Shown in pieces: positions 56,024-64,000 of a stretch of 64,000 nt of DNA (position 1 is the stretch's first letter; every line of letters begins with the position of its first letter). The DNA comes from Candidatus Omnitrophota bacterium (lineage in GTDB: Bacteria > Omnitrophota > Gorgyraeia > Duberdicusellales > 4484-171), in NCBI GenBank assembly GCA_024231025.1, contig JAAEQW010000111.1:11055-75054 (forward strand), in the 5' to 3' direction. The notes under the pieces are model-generated. The model saw only the letters and a list, made by a program, of their open reading frames with translations, was not told where the DNA came from and did no database searches. Both the position numbers and the translations under genes were made by a program.

Positions 56024-59000
56024 TTAAGAGATGTTTAAGATTTCGTCTAGATTTCTTATTACCTTAATACTAATGATCTGGAAAGTGAATCCTTTAAAAT
56101 CATCAAGATCAATAGTAACTCCCTGAGAAGGAATGTTGATTTTGCCATCAATAATTTGCATACCCGCACCGCTTAAATCCAAGTCGATTCCGCCGGGTCC
56201 TGAGGCGCCTGATTCACCCGAACCGCCTGAATCCGCACCCACTGCGCGAGTGTAAGGAGGCTTTCCTTGTGCTTTCCTAATGTCTCTTATTAATTGTTCG
56301 TCTAGATCAACGCCCTTTGTCTCTTTTAGAAGTTGTGCAATCTGATAAAAGAGAGCACGGATCATGTAGTGATCAATGTTGGCTTCAAAATAACTCCTTC
56401 GGCCGGAATCAATATACTCGCGCTCCTTATCCGCAAGCCACTGTGCACCGATCATGTCTCCCGAATGAATTATATTATCAATATGATCCATAATATACTT
56501 GCCCTTAGTTGTCTTTTTATATCGCTCAGTCAATTCATGCCCAAGCGAAAATGGATTATCAAAGACACTTTCATCAATTGCAATGAAATCATCCCCGGCT
56601 ACGCCGAAAAACCCCTTACCCCCTACATCTGTTATAATGATGTGTTTTGGATCGTCGACAGGACGATGGCTCGGTGTCGCATGTAAGGCTCCTATTAATT
56701 CATTACGTTTTTGAACAAGGTCGTTATCTAATTTATTTAATTCATCCCTATCGCTGTCGGAAAATGTGCCATCTGTTTTTTTCGCTTGCAAAGTTTTTAT
56801 CCTCTCGTTAATCACCGCTATATCGGATGATATTTCACCTCGAGATCGATGTTTTACCTCGTCAGGACGAGGAAGATTAAGATAAGCGCTTTCCGCAAAC
56901 TCTGCGGTTCTTTGGTCTTTTGCTGGATCATTACTATTCGTACCATAAATTTGGGTTAACCAATTAGCCAATTCAACATGAAAGTGATTTAGCATTTGGT
57001 CCATGAAAGCCTTCTCCTCACCATCCGGAAGAAGCTTAGCTAAATCCTTTAATTCTTGATATTTCGCAATTATTTCCTCTGGCACCGCGCGATAAGAATT
57101 ACTTTCATCAAAGGTGATTTTCTCACCAGTCTCAAGGTGAGTGATCGTCCCAATTAGTCGACCGTTGACTACTTTAAGATTCTCAATACCACTGAACTTG
57201 CCCATGAAATCTATGACTCCTGCCTTTGGACTCAATTCTATTTTTTGTTTTTCTTGACGGTTAGTGACTGCATCGTTGTCGTCACCGCTAAGAGATATAT
57301 AGTCAGTCGGGAAGGGGCTCTCCCCCATATTATCTTCGGCAGATGTTTTACGGAATCCACCGTCAGTAATCCCTAAGGCGTCTCGAATTTTTTTAATTAT
57401 TTCGACATCGGGCCAAAAAATTGTTAAATCTTGATATTTTATCATCTTTATCTCGGCCTCATGCAGCACACCAATAGTAACCGGACCCAAAGGTTTCCAC
57501 TTTTTTACATTGCCTTGATCGTCAAGCTCTTCAATGGAAAAAGGTCCCTTATTTCCAGACACTTCTCTTATAAGATCAACCATCACTGACCCCACATTGC
57601 CCAAATCATCTGGCATCGGAATAGAATAACCAAAAGAGAAAGTTCCTCTATTGGCAGAAGCGATAATTATTGGTAAATCTTTGATTTCGCCGTTTAATAA
57701 ACTTAAGAGAAGGTGGTTATAAAACTTTATTGCTGAATCAGTAGAAAAGCATTTATCCAAAACAGCCACGGTATCGGAAAGCATTCCTTTATGTTTGCCC
57801 TTTAGCTTTTGAGCACGAGCGATAAAAGCATCGGCTAGCTTTTCTGCGCTAATCGTATTTCTAAAACCACCACCAAATACCAGCTCCCCCTTCAGACCGT
57901 GTCCGTTAAACCAAACAATATTATTGTTGGGATTAAATGATAATCGTTTAATTTTTTTAAGAAAACCTTTTCTCTCCTTTTTTCCCTTAAAAGTCGCGAT
58001 AAGATTACCCCCATGTTCTGCTACTAAATTAACAATCTCATCAACTTCAAAACCATCTTCACTGTTAGAGCCAGTGATTAGAGAAGATCCTTTTTTTATG
58101 ATTTCCTTATTAAGATATTTCTCACTCGTCCGCAACTGAACAATAATCGGCACTATCTTTTCAATGTATTCCTCTTTTACATCAAGATTGAAACGTTCTA
58201 GAATATTATAAATTGCTCGGGCAAGAAAAACTTTATGAACCTGATCAAGACCTCTCTCGCTCATTGCCTGATTGAGCGCCCAACTATTATAGGCAGTTCG
58301 AAAATCATTAGGCACCAAGGCCTTATTAAAGATAGCCTGAGCTTGGCTAGCAAGATACAGAATGAGCGGATCCATCTGCTCTGCCTCTTCATCTTCTAAT
58401 TCATTGGTGATCCCGGTAAGAATAATGGCAAGCTCTTCTCGATTGTCATTTTTATTCTGCTCTAAAGCTCTAAGCAAACCAGGCACGACGCTACCGCCCT
58501 TAGCAACCAATGCTTGACCAATTTTAAGAGATACATCTGGTCTCTTCACATCTAAAAAACTAAGCATAAGCGGCAAAGCGTCATCTCCAATCTCAACTAA
58601 TGTTTCTATGATGTCGGTTCCAATGACCACAGGGCTTTCCTTATATCTGATAAAATCTGCAACAAAATTTAGTATAGTCTTCTTTTCATGCTGACTAAGC
58701 CAGGAACCCGCTTTAGAATATATTCGACTCAAAGCAATAATTCCACCATAAGAATCTTTTTCTGAACTTTGCAAAAATGTCGGCAATAAATGTTTTTTTG
58801 CCACAGCATTAAAATCTCCTCTATCAAGCTTCATCGAAAGATTGGCCAAGGCAATTGCCGCTTCCTTGCGTAATATTCCATAATTAGCTTCATTTTGATA
58901 AAGGTCAAAGAGTAAGGCAATCACCTCGTCCGTAGCAATATCCATTTGCCCCAAAGCCTTAACCGCACTACGGCGTACATATAGCTTCACACTACCTGCG

Positions 59001-62000
59001 ACTTCTTTGTGTTTTTCTAGAAAATTGCATAAAGCACCACGAGCGGCTTGGACATATGTAAACGCACCTAAGGCATCGACTGCTGCGGCAACAATACGAT
59101 CATCATTGTCATCAAGCAACCTGACTAAAGCCTCTATTGCCCGATCAAGAGGCGGACCAAAACGCCTGTTATACTCCTCTCCTCGTTCCATAAAAGCATA
59201 ACGGAGACCAATTCTGCCCAAAAAATTAGCGGCTTCCTTACACACAAAATCATCTTGGTGCTTAAGCAGTCCAATAAGCACATCAACATGTTCTATTTTG
59301 CTTACGGCTAAAGCGCCCATTGCCCGCCGCCGAACCAGAGGCGGTTTACTATCATCACCAATAATTTCAATTATTTTGGCAGTTATATCTTTAGAACTTA
59401 ACAGCCTTAAATCGTAGGCGGCGATCTCACTCACCCTATCATTGCCATTAATTAGTAGGTCAGTCAGAACGCTCACTTTCTCATCAACGTTCTCCATCTG
59501 TGTAGCTTGGCTAACAAACGCACGCGGATCTTGCGCAGGCTTTTGAGCCTGAAATGCTGACATACACGCACCGAGAAACAAGGGCACTGCTAAAGTTGCA
59601 GCAATAAAAAATCTCCTCAAACGACTAGTGGATTTTGGTTTTGCCTGCCGTGCTCGAATATCCTGAGAAAGAAGCACGTCACCTTCGGGGTCAAGCTGAT
59701 AGGTAAAGGCACGAATTACATAGTGTTTACGGTTTGCGATAAAGTAATCTAAATCGCCTAACCGCTTATATTTCTCAATGCGATCGGCGAGCCATTTTTT
59801 GCCAGTCGCATCAAGTAAGCCTTCAAGCTCGGCAATAAGATCAGAGTCATTGTGTTTCTGGTGTTCGATAATTTCGTGTAAGAAAGAAATTGGATTGCTA
59901 ATTACATCCTGATCAATTACTGCAAAGGTTTTTTTACCAGCACCAAAAAACCCTTTGGCTCCTTCGTTGGTTATAAAGACATCTTCGAGGTTAAATTTCT
60001 TAACAAGTTCTTTTGCTTTTTGGCGAGCTTGACTTGGCGGCAAGCTATCGAGATAATCATTTACTGCCTTAGTATAGCCAGCTACCTCACTTGGCGGCGC
60101 CCGAGAAGAATTGTCTTTATCAAAAGTAATTGTGATATCTGGATCTTCAGTGTGGGTGATTGTTCCGGTTAATTGGCCGTCAACTACCTTAAGAGTTTCA
60201 ATACCGCTGAATTTGCCGATCTGATCGCGGGTATCAGAAAGCGAAACTCCGGTTCTTTTTTTAATTTCATCTTTTGCGCCTTTTTTTATTCTTTGGTTAA
60301 CCCTGTCCCGGAATGCATCTCGGTCTACTGTTTCGGTAGTTTGTAACACTCGGTCAATTAATTCTTTTGAAGTTTTTTCAATTAGAATTCTCTCAATCAC
60401 ATACTGCAAAGTCTCCTCGCTTAGACTGCCGGCTTCGCGGATAACTTCATAAAGAATGCGCATCGCACTTATATCTGCGCTGAGATTTTTGTCGTGGTGG
60501 CTCCTTGCCAAACCTTCCAACTCTTGATGATCTTCAATCGCTTCGTCAATACCAAGCCCTTCGGTGCCATTAAGCATAAATTGAATGCTTCTTACAATGA
60601 CTTCTCCTTCTTGAATGAGCTTTTCCACAACTGCATCTTCTAATTCATTTTCAAAAAGGCCTCCCTTTTTGGTAATCTCTTTTTTGATGTGGCGCATAAA
60701 CGCTTCCCCAACCATCAAGTGATAAAACTCATGCTGAATTTCCCAAAAAAGTTTTCTTACCGAGTTTTTTCGCGTAACAAGAAGCATCCAGTTGACATAA
60801 ACAATCGTTTCTTCACTTTCATCGATATAGGCTTCTGCCAACGGCCCCTCATCGGAAACGATTATTCTGTTTATCGAATAAGAAGCGCCGCTGCTCTCTA
60901 ATTCTTTTAGCGCTCCATTAACTATCCTTAATGCCCTATCTCTTCCAACCGATCTTGCTCCGCCATCATAATCTATAACCTGAGCGCCCCTGATATTAAA
61001 AGTTAAAGGATTCTCGCCAACCTTACTGCTTGCCGGAAAAGCCACAGCAGATAAGTCGTCTTTGGCTAGTGATATAACTTCTTTACTGCGAATTTTGGTT
61101 ACACCTTTTGGCGAAGGTTGAACTTTTACTACTCCTCGGCGGCGCCCAAACATGCTTGCTGCGTTAATAACTTCTGCACCATCACCTTGCGTTTTCGCTT
61201 GATCAGCGATTGCCGCAAATGTGTTATAAAATTCTTCATCCTTTTCTAAATTTTTGTATTCATAAGCTAAATCAACCAATTCCTGCCATTGGTTTCCCAA
61301 CGCATCTTTTAAAGCGTTCTTTTTTCCCGTGAAATATGCCTCTAAAACTGGCGCCTCACCAATAACGTCGATTAAGCGCTTCATTGCTAAAACTTCCCAA
61401 TAGTAAGCCGACGCACCAATACCCTTTTCTATATCTCTAGCGGCACGCCTATCCATGAATTCTTTTAACTCATCAAAAGTGAAAACGTCCTTGCCTTGCT
61501 GGCGCATTAAAAACTTAAGAGTTACATATTCGGTAGCGGCTTCATTTAAAACATGGGGAGCAAAACCATAACACTGGCTATGGAAAAACTCATGAATAAA
61601 AATTTCATAAAAAATTTGAAGATCAGCAATACTGCCCTCTGCAATACCAACAATATCGTAAAGATTAAAATAAAATGCTTGCGCCCCCGGCAAAGATTCA
61701 GGAATATTTTCCTGGGGAACGCTTGCTCTTCTTATGGCTTGATAGCTAAATCCTAATTTTCTAATAAAGCCTTTTACTTTATCTTCTAGGGCTATGAGAC
61801 CATCATCTCTTGCGGTCTCGGCCTCGCTACCTTTAAGCATTCTACTTTGCACACCAGCATAGCCTAAAAACATCTCATCAACATCTTCAACTGTTTCGCC
61901 TCGCTTGAGACCATCCAAAGCTCTTTCATAAATACGGCCCGGTAACTTTGCTTTTAATGATTCTCCCAAAAACACTATTTCTGGAGACTCCTTCTTCACT

Positions 62001-64000
62001 CGATTGAATATAGTACGCACTGCTATTTCTCGCTCACGAATCGGTCGGCTATTGAAAGTCTGCCCTAGGCTATACCCACGCTCGGCATAGTAAATATCTC
62101 TTTGCGCATCAGCTAAAACATCTTCATTTAACTCAAACTCAAAATCAAAGCCAACAATCGCCCAGACAGCATTCGCCTTAAAAACGATCGCACCTTCATC
62201 TCCTTCATCAACGTTAAAAAGACGCCTTTGCATTGAAACGGCCACTGGATCAGATCTTGCCGCGTCAGTGTCGGTTTTTATTTTGATTATTGTATTGCCG
62301 GCGCTATCTTCTGTTTCATCAAGAAAGCCTCTTTTTCTTAAATGGCTAATACAAAAATCAAATATTTCTCTAGAGCCTTTTGCGTTTCTCACTTCTGCAA
62401 TATCTTGCTTAATACTCATAATGCTAGAGACTTTTTCTGCCGCTTCATGGAACTGTTCATCTAATATTTCGGCTTCCTGGAGATTATCTTGTATCCACCC
62501 GCGCATCCTGTCATAAGCAATGCCTCTTCTGTCTGCTTCTTGGCGCCACCTTCTTAACACAACTGATTCACGAGTAATTAACCCTTCGAGGCTTCCCTCT
62601 TTTTCACACTTATCGTACGCACCAGAAGCGATGTAAATAACCCCTCTGCCTATTCCAATATGCGCAGTTTGCCCTGTATCCTCATCCAAATACATGTCGG
62701 AACCACTGCCGATAAGACAAATCTTATTTCCTTTTAAATCAGTAATAAATTCAACTTCATCGTGAATAAAAGCCTCCCTGATCATTTGGTTAACTCTGCT
62801 ATGCGGACCTGCTCGAACACCGATATCGGCAACATTTACATCTAAGCGGTCCTTTTTAGGAGATGGTTCAATGTCAACCGCATCATCTTCTTCGCTGGCC
62901 AAAACTCCTTCTTCGGGTTGCCTAAAATAAAGACTAAAAACTGTGCCAACGCCAACTTGGCTTTCTACTTTAACTACCCCGCCAAAAGATTCCAAACTTT
63001 TCTTAACAAAGTCAAGACCAACACCGGTTCCGCCCTCTTTACCAGAGGTAACGCCATCAGCAAAGATGCTATTCAGTCTCCCATCCGGTAAATTTTTCGC
63101 ATCAATGCCCTTGCCATTATCGCGCACACGCAAAACGGTGTAAATTTGGCCATCTTCTTCAACGAGTTCGGTTGTAAACCATATCGCTGGAGGTTCATTT
63201 CTTCCCTTGTCTCTTGCCTGATAAGCATTAGTAATCATGCATTTAATTAGCATTTCAAGTTTGTCAGGGTTGGCATATATCTCGGTATCTTCTTTTATTT
63301 TAGAAATATGAATATCAAACATTTTATTCTTAAGTAATTGCTTTGCGTTATTTATCGCAGAAAGAACACTAACTGCGCCAGTGGGCCGTTTACCTAATTT
63401 GTCTATAAACTTTTTAAGCCGCATTGGGTATCGCTTTACGTCTTCCATATCTTTTCTAAACTCTGCTACATCTTTATAACCAACTTCAGTAAAATAAATA
63501 TTAGCTGTTTCGACAAGGTCAACAAAATCATCGAGATATATTTTAAGCTCAGAAAAAAGCTCAACCGCTATTACATCTGCATTAACACCTTCTAAGTTAT
63601 AGCAAATATATAAAAGCATTTTCCAGCGTTCACTTAATTCTTCATTACGAGCAATTAAATTTCTTTTTTTCTCGCTTGTGCCGTTAATTTCACTAAGATG
63701 CCACTCTAAAGTCATCACTAAACCTGCCGTAGAGTTGGCGATATCATGGGCAATGTCTCTGGCTCCAACAAGCTTTGCTACCACCAGATCGATACCTTTA
63801 CTCTTGTCAAAATTTCTTTCCAAAACAATAAGGTAATTAAGATAGCTCCTAAGCTTGTCTGCTTCTTCCTCAACGCTCTCAGCTACCCCTTTATTAATTG
63901 TTTCGTTAAGAATAATTAGCTGTCCTTCCAAGATCTTGTAGTAGTGCGGCTGACCAACAAAATCAATTACCTGCTTTATCTGCGAAACCGTCTCATCAAT
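56024..64000 (-). CDS. Giant multidomain protein, 3' part (HATPase, HExxH modules, HEAT repeats, clan CD-like protease motif, C-terminal GGID motif)
   Basis: The frame stays open from 63931 to 64000 (IDETVSQIKQ...), so the start lies outside the window. Motifs: NAYQA/DNGKG/GTGVGL, HEFFH, HEFYH, HEAT-like repeats, GHG...DKC, PGGIDL. Confidence 0.9.
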   Translation of the reverse strand: MDETVSQIKQVIDFVGQPHYYKILEGQLIILNETINKGVAESVEEEADKLRSYLNYLIVLERNFDKSKGIDLVVAKLVGARDIAHDIANSTAGLVMTLEWHLSEINGTSEKKRNLIARNEELSERWKMLLYICYNLEGVNADVIAVELFSELKIYLDDFVDLVETANIYFTEVGYKDVAEFRKDMEDVKRYPMRLKKFIDKLGKRPTGAVSVLSAINNAKQLLKNKMFDIHISKIKEDTEIYANPDKLEMLIKCMITNAYQARDKGRNEPPAIWFTTELVEEDGQIYTVLRVRDNGKGIDAKNLPDGRLNSIFADGVTSGKEGGTGVGLDFVKKSLESFGGVVKVESQVGVGTVFSLYFRQPEEGVLASEEDDAVDIEPSPKKDRLDVNVADIGVRAGPHSRVNQMIREAFIHDEVEFITDLKGNKICLIGSGSDMYLDEDTGQTAHIGIGRGVIYIASGAYDKCEKEGSLEGLITRESVVLRRWRQEADRRGIAYDRMRGWIQDNLQEAEILDEQFHEAAEKVSSIMSIKQDIAEVRNAKGSREIFDFCISHLRKRGFLDETEDSAGNTIIKIKTDTDAARSDPVAVSMQRRLFNVDEGDEGAIVFKANAVWAIVGFDFEFELNEDVLADAQRDIYYAERGYSLGQTFNSRPIREREIAVRTIFNRVKKESPEIVFLGESLKAKLPGRIYERALDGLKRGETVEDVDEMFLGYAGVQSRMLKGSEAETARDDGLIALEDKVKGFIRKLGFSYQAIRRASVPQENIPESLPGAQAFYFNLYDIVGIAEGSIADLQIFYEIFIHEFFHSQCYGFAPHVLNEAATEYVTLKFLMRQQGKDVFTFDELKEFMDRRAARDIEKGIGASAYYWEVLAMKRLIDVIGEAPVLEAYFTGKKNALKDALGNQWQELVDLAYEYKNLEKDEEFYNTFAAIADQAKTQGDGAEVINAASMFGRRRGVVKVQPSPKGVTKIRSKEVISLAKDDLSAVAFPASSKVGENPLTFNIRGAQVIDYDGGARSVGRDRALRIVNGALKELESSGASYSINRIIVSDEGPLAEAYIDESEETIVYVNWMLLVTRKNSVRKLFWEIQHEFYHLMVGEAFMRHIKKEITKKGGLFENELEDAVVEKLIQEGEVIVRSIQFMLNGTEGLGIDEAIEDHQELEGLARSHHDKNLSADISAMRILYEVIREAGSLSEETLQYVIERILIEKTSKELIDRVLQTTETVDRDAFRDRVNQRIKKGAKDEIKKRTGVSLSDTRDQIGKFSGIETLKVVDGQLTGTITHTEDPDITITFDKDNSSRAPPSEVAGYTKAVNDYLDSLPPSQARQKAKELVKKFNLEDVFITNEGAKGFFGAGKKTFAVIDQDVISNPISFLHEIIEHQKHNDSDLIAELEGLLDATGKKWLADRIEKYKRLGDLDYFIANRKHYVIRAFTYQLDPEGDVLLSQDIRARQAKPKSTSRLRRFFIAATLAVPLFLGACMSAFQAQKPAQDPRAFVSQATQMENVDEKVSVLTDLLINGNDRVSEIAAYDLRLLSSKDITAKIIEIIGDDSKPPLVRRRAMGALAVSKIEHVDVLIGLLKHQDDFVCKEAANFLGRIGLRYAFMERGEEYNRRFGPPLDRAIEALVRLLDDNDDRIVAAAVDALGAFTYVQAARGALCNFLEKHKEVAGSVKLYVRRSAVKALGQMDIATDEVIALLFDLYQNEANYGILRKEAAIALANLSMKLDRGDFNAVAKKHLLPTFLQSSEKDSYGGIIALSRIYSKAGSWLSQHEKKTILNFVADFIRYKESPVVIGTDIIETLVEIGDDALPLMLSFLDVKRPDVSLKIGQALVAKGGSVVPGLLRALEQNKNDNREELAIILTGITNELEDEEAEQMDPLILYLASQAQAIFNKALVPNDFRTAYNSWALNQAMSERGLDQVHKVFLARAIYNILERFNLDVKEEYIEKIVPIIVQLRTSEKYLNKEIIKKGSSLITGSNSEDGFEVDEIVNLVAEHGGNLIATFKGKKERKGFLKKIKRLSFNPNNNIVWFNGHGLKGELVFGGGFRNTISAEKLADAFIARAQKLKGKHKGMLSDTVAVLDKCFSTDSAIKFYNHLLLSLLNGEIKDLPIIIASANRGTFSFGYSIPMPDDLGNVGSVMVDLIREVSGNKGPFSIEELDDQGNVKKWKPLGPVTIGVLHEAEIKMIKYQDLTIFWPDVEIIKKIRDALGITDGGFRKTSAEDNMGESPFPTDYISLSGDDNDAVTNRQEKQKIELSPKAGVIDFMGKFSGIENLKVVNGRLIGTITHLETGEKITFDESNSYRAVPEEIIAKYQELKDLAKLLPDGEEKAFMDQMLNHFHVELANWLTQIYGTNSNDPAKDQRTAEFAESAYLNLPRPDEVKHRSRGEISSDIAVINERIKTLQAKKTDGTFSDSDRDELNKLDNDLVQKRNELIGALHATPSHRPVDDPKHIIITDVGGKGFFGVAGDDFIAIDESVFDNPFSLGHELTERYKKTTKGKYIMDHIDNIIHSGDMIGAQWLADKEREYIDSGRRSYFEANIDHYMIRALFYQIAQLLKETKGVDLDEQLIRDIRKAQGKPPYTRAVGADSGGSGESGASGPGGIDLDLSGAGMQIIDGKINIPSQGVTIDLDDFKGFTFQIISIKVIRNLDEILNIS

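Noticed and set aside
786-63143. Many short opposite-strand or nested ORFs in the track (e.g. 786..1124, 2845..3297, 35545..36015, 55882..56067)
   Set aside because: Almost all are shadows of well-supported genes; none has recognisable motifs.
63929-63931. TTG as the start of the giant ORF
   Set aside because: The frame is open to the window end, so the real start is upstream.

Overview
AT-rich bacterial chromosomal window, almost all on the minus strand. It is probably Candidatus Omnitrophota, inferred from a giant modular ORF with a C-terminal GGID motif and a pilin-rich locus. In transcription order (right to left) it holds: the 3' part of a >2,650-aa giant protein; a REP-associated tyrosine transposase (RAYT); a complete MSHA/type IVa-like pilus locus (minor pilins, PilM-PilN fusion, PilO, secretin, TPR protein, PilB/MshE, ExeA/MshM, PilC); a signalling block (kinase, PilZ, response regulator, MshEN-PilZ fusion); a GEMM-I riboswitch with A20 and a 45-nt insertion in front of two paralogous pilins; a convergent REC-GGDEF plus two TMTC-like glycosyltransferases; a glycan locus interrupted by a second RAYT and a repeat-bounded MBOAT/SGNH cassette; a second partial pilus kit; and a chemosensory operon with a ComFB-CheR fusion, CheY, CheA, ComFB and a second CheR. 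The main candidate novel system is a cyclic-dinucleotide-controlled, glycosylated pilus linked to a Che pathway, possibly also under NrdR-box control. All calls come from motif recognition by eye; no database search was run.
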